Position numbers and translations under genes: made by a program | The notes under the pieces: generated by a model | The model's input: the letters and a program-made list of their open reading frames with translations, nothing else | What the model was told of the DNA's origin: nothing | Databases searched by the model: none | Assembly (NCBI GenBank): GCA_003152105.1 | Contig: PLZJ01000002.1 | Location: 236,257 to 300,256 of the forward strand | DNA from: Candidatus Levyibacteriota bacterium | GTDB lineage: Bacteria > Patescibacteriota > Microgenomatia > Levybacterales > UBA12049 | Direction of reading: 5' to 3' | DNA: 64,000 nt | Shown here: piece after piece, positions 1 to 8,944 of the stretch | Numbering within the stretch: position 1 is the first letter of the stretch | Layout of the letters: every line of letters begins with the position of its first letter

Positions 1-1
1 T

Positions 2-766
2 GTATCAAAAATAGCAAGAACTTTTTTTGGCAAGGTTGAGGGTGTTACTAAGCCTGATAATACAGTAGTTACTAAGGTAGATTTTAAAATCGGAAAACAA
101 ATAATCGATAAATTACAAAATACGTTTCCTGACGCAAATATTATTGATGAGGAAAAAGGAGTTATTGATAAACAAAGTAAATTAACTTGGGTAATTGATC
201 CAATCGATGGTACTTCTAATTATGCACTTGGAATTCCTTTGTATGGAATTATGATCGGACTTTTGGAAAATAATCAACCTATTGCTGGTGGAGTCGCTTT
301 GCCATATTTTAATGAAATAATTATAGCAGAAAAAAATAAAGGGGCATTTTGTAATGCAACTCCAATACACGTAACGAAAGAAAAAACATTGAGAAGCACA
401 CTGGTAGCATATGGGTCTGATCCTCATTATGAAGACCCAGCTATAACTAGAAAGGAATTCCAAAAGTTATTTCAAATTTATTTAGGAATAAGAAATTTAC
501 GGTCTAGTAATTGTGTCTATGATTCTATGCTAGTCGCAAAAGGAAAATATGGTGGATTTTTAAGTAGAACTAGTAAAATATGGGATAACGTTGCTCAGCA
601 AGTAATTCTTGAAGAGTCAGGCGCAGTGTATACTGATTTTTTTGGGAATTCGATAAATTATAGTAACCCTCTTAGAAAAGTTAACGATAATTTTACTTTT
701 TGTATGGCATCTCCAACTTTACACAACTCCTTACAACAATTAATCGCGAAAAAAAGCGATTATTAA
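2..766 (+). CDS. Inositol monophosphatase family protein (SuhB/CysQ-like), 5' end outside window
   Basis: Open frame runs from the window edge. The translation contains WVIDPIDGTSNYALGIP, matching the IMPase metal-binding motif W-x-IDPIDGT. The ORF-track Met at 239 is internal. Confidence 0.7.
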   Translation, partial: VSKIARTFFGKVEGVTKPDNTVVTKVDFKIGKQIIDKLQNTFPDANIIDEEKGVIDKQSKLTWVIDPIDGTSNYALGIPLYGIMIGLLENNQPIAGGVALPYFNEIIIAEKNKGAFCNATPIHVTKEKTLRSTLVAYGSDPHYEDPAITRKEFQKLFQIYLGIRNLRSSNCVYDSMLVAKGKYGGFLSRTSKIWDNVAQQVILEESGAVYTDFFGNSINYSNPLRKVNDNFTFCMASPTLHNSLQQLIAKKSDY

Positions 767-883
767 TGACTATGCCAAACGCCTTTTTTCACTAACGCAA
801 GAGATATATTATCAGTCTTACTTTCAGTTTCCATAATAAATTGAAGATATAACTATAATAAAACAAATACACTTATCTAGCCG

Positions 884-915
884 TTAACTTAGTAAGTTAA
901 AGATTTTGTTATAAT
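884..915 (+). promoter_or_regulatory. Perfect 17-bp palindrome plus extended -10 upstream of the aldo/keto reductase gene
   Basis: TTAACTTAGTAAGTTAA at 884-900 and TGTTATAAT at 907-915. The ATG is at 922, only 6 nt after the -10. Confidence 0.4.
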
Positions 916-921
916 GTTTCA

Positions 922-1758
922 ATGAAGATACCATCAAAAAAATTATCAAATGGGTTTTCACTACCTGTTTATGGACTCGGTACTTGGTTAATGGGTGGAT
1001 CGTTTTCTGCAGAAAAAAATGACGACAAAAGAAATGTTAACTCAATAAAAACTGCAATAGAACTGGGTGTTACACATATAGATACAGCAGAGATTTATGG
1101 AAAAGGACACACAGAAGAATTAGTGGGATTATCAATTAAATCTTTCCAGAGGAGCAGTCTTACTATAACTACAAAGGTCTGGAGTGATAATTTAAAATAT
1201 AATGATATTATTGCAGCTTGTCAAAGATCTTTAAATAGATTGCAAACTAGCTATATTGATTTATATCTAATTCATCACCCCAGCAATACGATTCCCCTAG
1301 AAGAATCTATGCTTGCAATGGATTATTTAAAAAAGAAAGCCTTAATAAAAGATATTGGAGTAAGCAATTTTACTGTAGATTTATTTAAAAAAGCTCAATT
1401 GTTAAGTAGTAACAAGATTTGCGTAAATCAGATTCATTATAATATAGCAAATAGAGAACATCAGGACATGGTTTCATACGCACAACAAAATGATATTTTA
1501 ATCACTGCTTACAGGCCATTAGAGAAAGGATTTCTTCTTGATAAGGATATCAGTGAGCTACAAGTATTAAGCAAGAAATATAATAAAACTCCTGCTCAGA
1601 TCGCATTAAATTGGTTAATTTGCAAAAAAAATATTGTTCTTATTGCTAAAACTGTTAATATAAAACATTTGCAAGAAAATATCGGAGCTTTGATTTGGAA
1701 ATTGGAAGAAAAAGATATCGAAATGTTAGATCGCTTAAATTTGACAAGTATCACGTGA
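922..1758 (+). CDS. Aldo/keto reductase family oxidoreductase
   Basis: LPVYGLGTW...IDTAEIYG...LYLIHHP signature blocks of the AKR superfamily. Length is 278 aa. Confidence 0.8.
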   Translation: MKIPSKKLSNGFSLPVYGLGTWLMGGSFSAEKNDDKRNVNSIKTAIELGVTHIDTAEIYGKGHTEELVGLSIKSFQRSSLTITTKVWSDNLKYNDIIAACQRSLNRLQTSYIDLYLIHHPSNTIPLEESMLAMDYLKKKALIKDIGVSNFTVDLFKKAQLLSSNKICVNQIHYNIANREHQDMVSYAQQNDILITAYRPLEKGFLLDKDISELQVLSKKYNKTPAQIALNWLICKKNIVLIAKTVNIKHLQENIGALIWKLEEKDIEMLDRLNLTSIT

Positions 1759-1776
1759 GTATTTAATAATAAAATT

Positions 1777-1968
1777 GTGAATAAGAGTTTGATAGCTGAA
1801 TTATGCGGAGTATTTCTGCTTCTCACAGGTGGCATTTTGTTTATATTTATATTTTACCAAGGAGAAACGCAACCAAAATATGCCTTGATAGTAATAATGC
1901 TTATAGCTCTTGGTATATATTCAATATACAATAGCAGGAAATTTAAAAAGCATCACAAGTTAAAATGA
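1777..1968 (+). CDS. Small hypothetical membrane protein (two predicted TM helices)
   Basis: 63 aa and hydrophobic. It overlaps the next gene by 4 nt (ATGA), suggesting translational coupling. Confidence 0.3.
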   Translation: MNKSLIAELCGVFLLLTGGILFIFIFYQGETQPKYALIVIMLIALGIYSIYNSRKFKKHHKLK

Positions 1969-2360
1969 AATCGATAACACAGTCATATGTGATACATGCA
2001 TCGATTAGTGAAGTTTGGAATGGACTTGTGAATGAGGAATACATAAATAGCTGGGGTGGTGGTCCTGCTAAAATGAATAAAATTCCGGAGGGTAAATTTT
2101 TTTTATGGGGAGGTAGTATCTGGGGTATCAATAAAAAAGTTGAGAAGAATAAAAGTTTAATACAGGAATGGTATAGTGAAAGTAAAAATAGAAAATGGGA
2201 TAAGCCATCGATCGTGACATTTTCCATAAGACAAGATGGAAATAATGTGAAAGTAGAATTGCATCAAACTAATATTCCAGATGATGATGTAAAAAGTATC
2301 GATTCAGGATGGAAGGAATATTATCTTGGCCCAATGAAAGAATATCTTGAATCAAAATAA
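1965..2360 (+). CDS. SRPBCC-fold protein (AHSA1/activator-of-Hsp90-ATPase-like)
   Basis: 131 aa and soluble. Composition and length are typical of AHSA1/START-like domain proteins. Only weak motif support. Confidence 0.4.
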   Translation: MKSITQSYVIHASISEVWNGLVNEEYINSWGGGPAKMNKIPEGKFFLWGGSIWGINKKVEKNKSLIQEWYSESKNRKWDKPSIVTFSIRQDGNNVKVELHQTNIPDDDVKSIDSGWKEYYLGPMKEYLESK

Positions 2361-2397
2361 GTTAAGATCTATTATTTGAATTATTTCAGTTTTACTT

Positions 2398-2976
2398 ATG
2401 AAAAAATTATTTATACCAGTGATTTTAGGTACTTCTCGTCCTGGTAGGCAATCAGAGAAAGTAGCAAATCTCATAGTTAAAACAAGCAAAGAAATACCTA
2501 ATATCGTAACTAGCTTAATAGATCCGTTGGACTTCCATTTTCCTTATGACGGAAATGATAGTGAAAATAAAGATCCTAGGTACACCGAAATTACAGATAA
2601 AGCTGATGGATTTATTATCGTAACACCTGAATATAACCATAGTTTTCCAGGAACTTTAAAACGAATGTTAGATAGCGAGCTGAAAAATTACATACACAAA
2701 CCAGTTGCAATTGCAGGTGTTTCAAATGGAATTTTTGGTGGAGCAAGAGCAATAGAAAATTTATTGCCTACACTTCGAGAAATGGGTATGATTGCTTCAT
2801 TTTCTGATCTCTATTTTCCAGAAGTCCAAAACTTATTTGATGAAAATGGAAACATACTGGATACGTCTTATGTTAGAAGAATTAAAAGAACATTAGATGA
2901 ATTAACTTGGTTAGCAACAACACTAAATTGGGGTAAAGAAAATATACCAAATATATATCACAAAATAGAAAAATAG
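2398..2976 (+). CDS. NAD(P)H-dependent FMN reductase family protein
   Basis: N-terminal MKKLFIPVILGTSRPGRQS flavodoxin-like start and the IIVTPEYNHSFPGTLK motif typical of NADPH-dependent FMN reductases. Confidence 0.7.
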   Translation: MKKLFIPVILGTSRPGRQSEKVANLIVKTSKEIPNIVTSLIDPLDFHFPYDGNDSENKDPRYTEITDKADGFIIVTPEYNHSFPGTLKRMLDSELKNYIHKPVAIAGVSNGIFGGARAIENLLPTLREMGMIASFSDLYFPEVQNLFDENGNILDTSYVRRIKRTLDELTWLATTLNWGKENIPNIYHKIEK

Positions 2977-3010
2977 AATTATAGTTTTTTTGAATTAAAA
3001 CCTCAAACTA

Positions 3011-3451
3011 TTATTTATCTTCAGTGTCGGGTGAATAGCGAATCGCAATAGTTCTAATAGCTATAAGTGAAAATAAAATTAGTATTAAGGGAAGAGTATT
3101 TTGAATAGTAGTTCCCTTAAACCAAAGAGATATCACCTCGTTAAGCATGACTATTAATACGGTATCAACAATAAATGTAACTCTTACTCTACCATTAGAT
3201 AGATAGCCGTTTATGGTTTTTAGCACTTCTACTACTGCAAGTAGCGTTAACGCATCGACGAGTATTTGTCGGAGCGCATTTTCTAAATTCCCAAAAAGTA
3301 ATAGAAGGTCAATTGCAGTTTTTAGTATACCTATTAAAAAAGCTAACAATATAATTCCAATTAAAGCGCGAAGCAAAAGAAGTGTATATCTTGTTAAATA
3401 ATCTGACGCAGATTTGTCTGAACTTTTAAGCAGATGTTTTGTAACTGCCAT
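3011..3451 (-). CDS. PsiE-like (phosphate-starvation-inducible E family) membrane protein
   Basis: 146 aa with 4 TM helices. The central block LLAVVEVLKTINGYLSNGRVRVTFIVDTVLIVMLNEV resembles the PsiE family. Confidence 0.4.
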   Translation of the reverse strand: MAVTKHLLKSSDKSASDYLTRYTLLLLRALIGIILLAFLIGILKTAIDLLLLFGNLENALRQILVDALTLLAVVEVLKTINGYLSNGRVRVTFIVDTVLIVMLNEVISLWFKGTTIQNTLPLILILFSLIAIRTIAIRYSPDTEDK

Positions 3452-3554
3452 AGTATTTTCGCTTGTATGATAATCTAAATAGTTTTAAAAAACAAGGTTA
3501 TTTTATTAAACACTTAAGCTTATTCTCAGAAACGAAGTGTATACTCTATGTAAT

Positions 3555-3589
3555 AAAACGATACCGAACTCTGGATGCGGTATCGTTTT
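3555..3589. other. 12-bp perfect stem-loop in the divergent intergenic region (AAAACGATACCG-N11-CGGTATCGTTTT)
   Basis: Read directly from the sequence. Lies between the divergently transcribed psiE-like and metzincin genes, so it is not a terminator for either. Confidence 0.35.
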
Positions 3590-3614
3590 ACTTTGTTCCT
3601 CAGTATAAAATTAC

Positions 3615-3643
3615 TTGAAAGAATTTTCTTAAATAGGTACAAT
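3615..3643 (+). promoter_or_regulatory. Promoter TTGAAA-17-TACAAT ending 7 nt before the metzincin start codon
   Basis: TTGAAA at 3615-3620, TACAAT at 3638-3643, ATG at 3651. Confidence 0.4.
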
Positions 3644-3650
3644 TAGTGCC

Positions 3651-4553
3651 ATGAAAAGATTTATAGCCTTTGTACTAGTGATAATTATAATTATTGCTTA
3701 TCACACATATTTAATTGCTATTATTACACCATATATTTCTTATTCTCCCTGTGACACGCCTCTTGGTTATCATATTGGTAGTATTGATAGTAGATTTAAT
3801 ATTACTAAAAATGAATTTGCCTCAGATATTACAGAAGCTACAAATATTTGGAGTAAGGCTGAAAATAAAAATTTATTTGTATACAGTAACTCACAAAATG
3901 CTATAACCGTAAATTTTGTTTATGACCAGAGACAATATCTCAATACGCAAATTACTCAAATTAATAATCAATTACACACAGAACAAACAAATATAGACCC
4001 TAAAATTAATCAATACAATAGTGAATCTCAGGCATTTCATCAACAGGCAAGTGCATTAAATCAACAAATTGCTTATTGGAATAGTAAGGGTGGTGCGCCA
4101 CCAGACACGTATAATACATTAATTCAACAACAAAACGCACTTCAAGCTGAAGCTAATCGTTTGAACGAAATGGCATCTGAACTTAATCAGTCAACAGGTG
4201 ATTATAATCTTCAAATAAAGCAATTAAATCAAACAGAAAATACCTATAACCAGGTAATAAAAGCAAGACCAGAAGAAGGTTTATGGAATCCTAAGGCAAA
4301 TACTATCACTATATATTTTAATATAACTCACATCGAATTAGTACATACCCTAGCTCATGAATTTGGACATTCACTTGGCATGGAGCATGTTCCTGATCAA
4401 CTTGCTATAATGTATTTTCAAACGAATGATCGAATCACACCAACTAGCGATGATTTAAATCAGTTACACACAGTTTGTAAAAAGGTAACTATATTTGAAT
4501 TATGGATAGAAAAAGTAAACTATATTATTGCTTCTCTTCAACAAATTAAATAA
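3651..4553 (+). CDS. Membrane-anchored metzincin (matrixin-like Zn metalloprotease) with long Q/N-rich coiled-coil insert
   Basis: HEFGHSLGMEH is the HExxHxxGxxH zinc-binding motif, followed by a Met-turn (AIMYF). There is an N-terminal signal anchor. About 130 aa of heptad-like Q/N-rich sequence sits between the N-terminal matrixin block and the HExxH. Confidence 0.7.
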   Translation: MKRFIAFVLVIIIIIAYHTYLIAIITPYISYSPCDTPLGYHIGSIDSRFNITKNEFASDITEATNIWSKAENKNLFVYSNSQNAITVNFVYDQRQYLNTQITQINNQLHTEQTNIDPKINQYNSESQAFHQQASALNQQIAYWNSKGGAPPDTYNTLIQQQNALQAEANRLNEMASELNQSTGDYNLQIKQLNQTENTYNQVIKARPEEGLWNPKANTITIYFNITHIELVHTLAHEFGHSLGMEHVPDQLAIMYFQTNDRITPTSDDLNQLHTVCKKVTIFELWIEKVNYIIASLQQIK

Positions 4554-4572
4554 GTTTTTAAAATAACCAGCT

Positions 4573-5397
4573 ATGCAAAAATCTTTAATAATAATTTCTA
4601 ATAGTAACGAAATCAAAACACTACAAAAAAAAATCGCTAAACAAAAAAAAGTATTACTCAATTTGAGTGACAAAATAGAATTACTCACCATGGAAATTGA
4701 TGATATTGAGCAGCAATATAGAGTTAGAATAGGAAGTCTACAAGTAAAAGATAATATGTTGGAGATTGAAATAATTCGAGCCCGTAAAATATTAGAATTG
4801 ATGGAAGTAGGATTAACTAGAGAAGAAGCAACTGAAGAGGTTCTACAAAATCTTAAGAATGAAAATAAGTATGAAGAAGATATTAATTTTACTGAAGGAT
4901 CTATTCCTTCATTCCTTTTTGATAATAATAAAGATGAAGATGTAAGCATTAAGAAATTATGGAAGAAACTCCTGCACGCCTTTCATCCAGATTTGACACA
5001 AGATAAAGCAGAAAAGAAGCGCAGAAATGAAATTGTAAAGAAAATAAATACTGCTTATAGATTAGGTGATTTTAATACACTCAGAAACGTAGAAGAAAAA
5101 GAATATCTTACCCTTGAAAAGAATGAAAGCCTCTCATCGATTTCAAAACTTCAAGAAACGTTAATTTCAATAGAAAATGCAATTATACATCAAGTGTCTC
5201 AACTCGATAAATTGAAGAAAACGGAATGGTATAAATGGGTAATAATTTCAAATAAAAAACGAGAATCACTATTTTTGAATCTTGAATCTAAGCTTCAGTT
5301 TCAAGTAAATAATAAAGAAAAACTACTCCATACGTTAAAAAATAAGAACCCAATAAGTAGATTTTCATACGCTTTTAGAAACGAGGACAGTAAATAA
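4573..5397 (+). CDS. J-domain (DnaJ-like) co-chaperone with coiled-coil N-terminal region
   Basis: KKLWKKLLHAFHPDLTQDKAEKKRRNEIVKKINTAYRLGDF is a J-domain with the HPD tripeptide. The flanking sequence is charged and coiled-coil-like. Confidence 0.6.
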   Translation: MQKSLIIISNSNEIKTLQKKIAKQKKVLLNLSDKIELLTMEIDDIEQQYRVRIGSLQVKDNMLEIEIIRARKILELMEVGLTREEATEEVLQNLKNENKYEEDINFTEGSIPSFLFDNNKDEDVSIKKLWKKLLHAFHPDLTQDKAEKKRRNEIVKKINTAYRLGDFNTLRNVEEKEYLTLEKNESLSSISKLQETLISIENAIIHQVSQLDKLKKTEWYKWVIISNKKRESLFLNLESKLQFQVNNKEKLLHTLKNKNPISRFSYAFRNEDSK

Positions 5398-5434
5398 TCC
5401 TAATAGCTACACGCAACTTCTTAACTAGAAGTAA

Positions 5435-7246
5435 TTAAAGAAACGTAATTCCTAATATAGTTTTTATACCCAAAGCTTTTGCTGTGAGATTGATAAGCAT
5501 ATTATCAATTGAGTGTTTTACCCACCCGTAATTCGTAAAATTTTGCTCGTTATATGAATTTATAAATAGCGAAGGAATAGTGACACCAAATTGTTTTGCT
5601 TGATTTTCATTTTTAATAACCATAAGTTGACTTGCATGACTCTGAAGACAATTAATAAATTGATTTCTATTTAAGCCTAATTGAGTAGCATAATCTGCTA
5701 AGGTAATTGGAAGTGAAGAGGTAGTATCAGCAGTCCAATCATGTTGAGCCGAATATAATAGATCATGAAACTGCCAAAACTTATGTTGAGAACTTGCACA
5801 TTCAGAAGCTTCGTTTGCTAGTTCTGAATTTTGATATTGCTGGTTGTAGATAGGAAAATAATATAATGATATTTGCCCAGAATTAATATAAGTTGGAAGA
5901 ATTTTATTGAAGACTAGTTCATAAAACTGTTTACTTGTTGTACTTTGAAAATCTCCAAATTCAACTATATTTATATTTGTATTTATTTTTCCTTTGACAG
6001 GGAGATTGTTTAGCTGAAGGTTAGATCTAAAAGTACTTAAATCATTTGTGTGACTTATTGTTTGTGATAGAACATCTTTTAGTTTACTTAAAGGTTGAAC
6101 ATGACTTGGTGTTATATTATTTGTCGCGAGATTTGAAAAAGTAACTGAAATAGAAAGTGGGAATCCATTACTTGTAACTGGAGTTATATATTGAGTTATT
6201 GGCATAAATATAGTGTTAATATTCAGCTTAGTAATCCGATATGTAGATTTGTCTATAAAGAGATTAACTATAGTAGATCTTAAAAATCTAGAAAAATAAA
6301 CAAAATTGCTTAATTTTGGATTCGTTTGACGGAGGAAATTATCTATTTCTTGAAGCGTAGAAGTGTCTGTATTAATAGTAAAAAGATAAGTAGGATTATT
6401 ATTTTGCAGCACGTCAGATACCTTAGCGCGAGATAAAAGATCGTTTTCTAAATTTGAAAGTATCTGTTGTTTTTCGTTGTCATTTATAGGTGGATTATCT
6501 GAAAGTGTTGTTGATGGTAAAGTCCTATCAGTATACCAAGTTTTAGCTAAAAGTTTTTGATTTTGATTGGAAACTCCAAACGCGCTATATAAGAATGGGA
6601 ATGAATTGAATTTATAATAAACATTATTTTTTACATATAAAGTATTAATACTCAAATTATTTGCTTGCGTCGTGAATAAATTGATACTAGGATTATTGCT
6701 ATAATCTACACTCCCTTTTGTTAAAAATGTAAGTTCATTAACTCCTAATAAGGAATGTATTGAGGCAGTGCGAATTGTTGTCTTTGCAGTAAAAGATTGG
6801 CTTGAAGTGTCCATTTGAGTTGTAAAAACTTTATCGAGAATGTACCGAGGTGTTTTTGGTAAAAATGGAATGGATAAAATAAAGCTAGTTAGCTGCGATT
6901 GAAGATTGTCATTTGTAATAGGGATAAGTCCGTACGCCGCAAAAATAACAGTTAAAGGTAGTATTATTAGTATAATGAGTACCGGCAAAATTATTTTTAC
7001 TTTAGTTTTTGATTTTTTTCCAGATAAGGGTTTTTCGTTAAAGAAGTGCGACTCATGAAGTGAATTTGATACTGTTTCTTCCTGTTTTATATTCTCTTTT
7101 TGTTTTAGGTTTAATATGTGGTTAAATCCTGACTCTATATCATTCTTGTTCCAACCAGCTGTTAGAAGTGCATTTATGATTTCTTGCTTACTAACATTAT
7201 GTTTTAGCTGCGAAGTAATGTAGGAAATTAATTCAGGAGTTATCAT
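5435..7246 (-). CDS. Membrane-anchored protein with C-terminal DsbA/thioredoxin-like domain lacking the CxxC active site
   Basis: N-terminal cytoplasmic helical domain, one TM (ILPVLIILIILPLTVIFAAYGLI), then a large exported region. The C-terminus matches DsbA-family blocks (VEFGDFQSTTSKQF...ECASSQHKFWQFHDLLY). The position of the canonical CPFC is occupied by STTS. Confidence 0.5.
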   Translation of the reverse strand: MITPELISYITSQLKHNVSKQEIINALLTAGWNKNDIESGFNHILNLKQKENIKQEETVSNSLHESHFFNEKPLSGKKSKTKVKIILPVLIILIILPLTVIFAAYGLIPITNDNLQSQLTSFILSIPFLPKTPRYILDKVFTTQMDTSSQSFTAKTTIRTASIHSLLGVNELTFLTKGSVDYSNNPSINLFTTQANNLSINTLYVKNNVYYKFNSFPFLYSAFGVSNQNQKLLAKTWYTDRTLPSTTLSDNPPINDNEKQQILSNLENDLLSRAKVSDVLQNNNPTYLFTINTDTSTLQEIDNFLRQTNPKLSNFVYFSRFLRSTIVNLFIDKSTYRITKLNINTIFMPITQYITPVTSNGFPLSISVTFSNLATNNITPSHVQPLSKLKDVLSQTISHTNDLSTFRSNLQLNNLPVKGKINTNINIVEFGDFQSTTSKQFYELVFNKILPTYINSGQISLYYFPIYNQQYQNSELANEASECASSQHKFWQFHDLLYSAQHDWTADTTSSLPITLADYATQLGLNRNQFINCLQSHASQLMVIKNENQAKQFGVTIPSLFINSYNEQNFTNYGWVKHSIDNMLINLTAKALGIKTILGITFL

Positions 7247-7339
7247 GATTAAAAATAACCCAAATTAGTATAAATTAGATTACATTTATTTATCAACAGA
7301 CCATCAAGTGAGAAAAATTAATTGTCAACAACTGCAAAG

Positions 7340-8233
7340 TTATTGTCCTGCAGTAGGGCTTACATTAATTGTTGGTGAAATACTTGGGTTTGGGAGTTTT
7401 TTCGAGTGTATAATATCTCTCATGCCAGAGTTAATAGTAGCAATATCTGATGCTATTCCTTTGATATCATTTATGACTGATTGTACTTTACTTCTAGCAT
7501 CAAGTATATTTGACCTGTTTCCAGGATATCCTTGTGGAGTTAATGCCAATAATTCAGTTTGTGCCTGGGAAATTAATCCTTGCGCATCAGTTAGCTTAGA
7601 TTGCGCATCAGAGAGAGCAGTAGTAAGGGCACTATTGCTGCTTCCCCCAGAGTTTATTGCTGTTTGTTTTCCTGTTAGTTTAGCAGATATCTCATTAAGG
7701 AGAGTTGTTAGTTTGTCCGTTGCAGCGAGTAAATTAATTTCAGGTATAAATACTGCAAATACTCGATATGAATCAATTATAGATTGCTTGTCTGATTTAA
7801 GTGTTGTCGGATCGGTATCTGAGTCAATTTTTGTTTGAAGTGAAGTTAATGTAGAAATTTCTGACTGAACTTGTGAAGTGTAAGAATTAATTTGAGTTTG
7901 CGTTAAATTTTTCATTTGTCCGAGCCTAGTTATTAAGTTTTGCAAACCCGTGATCCTTCGCTGTATCTCCTTATCTGCGTTCGATTTAGCATTAGTAATA
8001 TGTTGTGTGAGATTATCGCTTCGTTTTTGAGCTGCCGCCGTAATATTTGCAATATGGTTTTCTTTATTTAATCCTGTTGTTATGCCGCCTGATGCTTGAG
8101 ATGTAGGAGCTATAGTAGGTTGCGAGTCAGAAGCAGTTTGAGCAAATGAGATTTTAATTAAGGCTATTTCGAATACGAGAAATACTAAAGTGAAAATTAT
8201 AATTTTATGTAGTAGTAATAATTGAATTCTCAT
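7340..8233 (-). CDS. Secreted coiled-coil protein (hypothetical)
   Basis: Signal-peptide-like N-terminus (LVFLVFEIALIKISFAQTA). The remainder is rich in Q/T/S/L heptads. Preferred over the overlapping + strand ORF at 7308..7838. Confidence 0.45.
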   Translation of the reverse strand: MRIQLLLLHKIIIFTLVFLVFEIALIKISFAQTASDSQPTIAPTSQASGGITTGLNKENHIANITAAAQKRSDNLTQHITNAKSNADKEIQRRITGLQNLITRLGQMKNLTQTQINSYTSQVQSEISTLTSLQTKIDSDTDPTTLKSDKQSIIDSYRVFAVFIPEINLLAATDKLTTLLNEISAKLTGKQTAINSGGSSNSALTTALSDAQSKLTDAQGLISQAQTELLALTPQGYPGNRSNILDARSKVQSVINDIKGIASDIATINSGMRDIIHSKKLPNPSISPTINVSPTAGQ

Positions 8234-8241
8234 AGTATTTA

Positions 8242-8643
8242 TTATTGATTTACGTTAATTGGTTTATCATTTATGCCTTGATCTGCGTTTGATGTATCAG
8301 AGTTAACAGAATTTAGGCTTGAATCAATACTTTGTACATCAGGATCACTACTCGTAATAGAAGGCGTTACGGGAGTTGGAGTATTTGAAATTGAAGAGGT
8401 TTGACTAACTGTTTTTTGTGTCAATGCAGGAGGCGGATTATTTGTTTTGGTAGGAATAAATAAATAAACAAGAATACCTCCGATAACTACCACTCCAAAA
8501 ATTACAAGGAGAATTATAACCTTGTTAGGAGATTTTTTCTCAGATGAAGTTACTGGTTGGTTTACGGTGCTAGTGCTCGCTTGTTGTTGAGCAGGTTGCA
8601 CAGGAGGATTTATTGGAGGAGTAGGTTGTTGAATATCGCTCAT
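8242..8643 (-). CDS. Pro/Thr/Ser-rich single-pass membrane protein (hypothetical)
   Basis: P/Q-rich N-terminus, one TM (VIILLVIFGVVVIGGILVYLFI), and an S/T/P-rich exported tail. Confidence 0.4.
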   Translation of the reverse strand: MSDIQQPTPPINPPVQPAQQQASTSTVNQPVTSSEKKSPNKVIILLVIFGVVVIGGILVYLFIPTKTNNPPPALTQKTVSQTSSISNTPTPVTPSITSSDPDVQSIDSSLNSVNSDTSNADQGINDKPINVNQ

Positions 8644-8944
8644 ATAATAAGAGTAATAAATTTATATTAGCGAGTCAAGTGTTTTTAAAATTTAATATTT
8701 TTTCTTACATTGTTCTTACGATTTTATTATGGATAAGTTACCTCAATATAGTTTAATGTATATATGAAATATATGTTCTATAAAAAATATGGTCAAACTC
8801 AACAGGAATTTAACGCAATTTATCAAATAGATCCTTTTTCAATTTCGTTATTCAATACAGAATACGAAACGCATAAAGGTAGTAAAGGTGGCAAATCTAT
8901 TAGAGTTAAAAAATCTAAGAAAATATATAAATAATCATTAGTCT

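Noticed and set aside
182-463. 93-aa minus-strand ORF
   Set aside because: Antisense to the inositol monophosphatase frame, which carries clear family motifs. Low-complexity, Cys/Phe-rich translation typical of AT-rich antisense frames.
7308-7838. 176-aa plus-strand ORF overlapping the secreted coiled-coil gene
   Set aside because: The minus-strand frame (7340..8233) has a signal peptide and consistent coiled-coil composition, and sits in a co-directional gene block. The plus ORF lacks any recognisable features.
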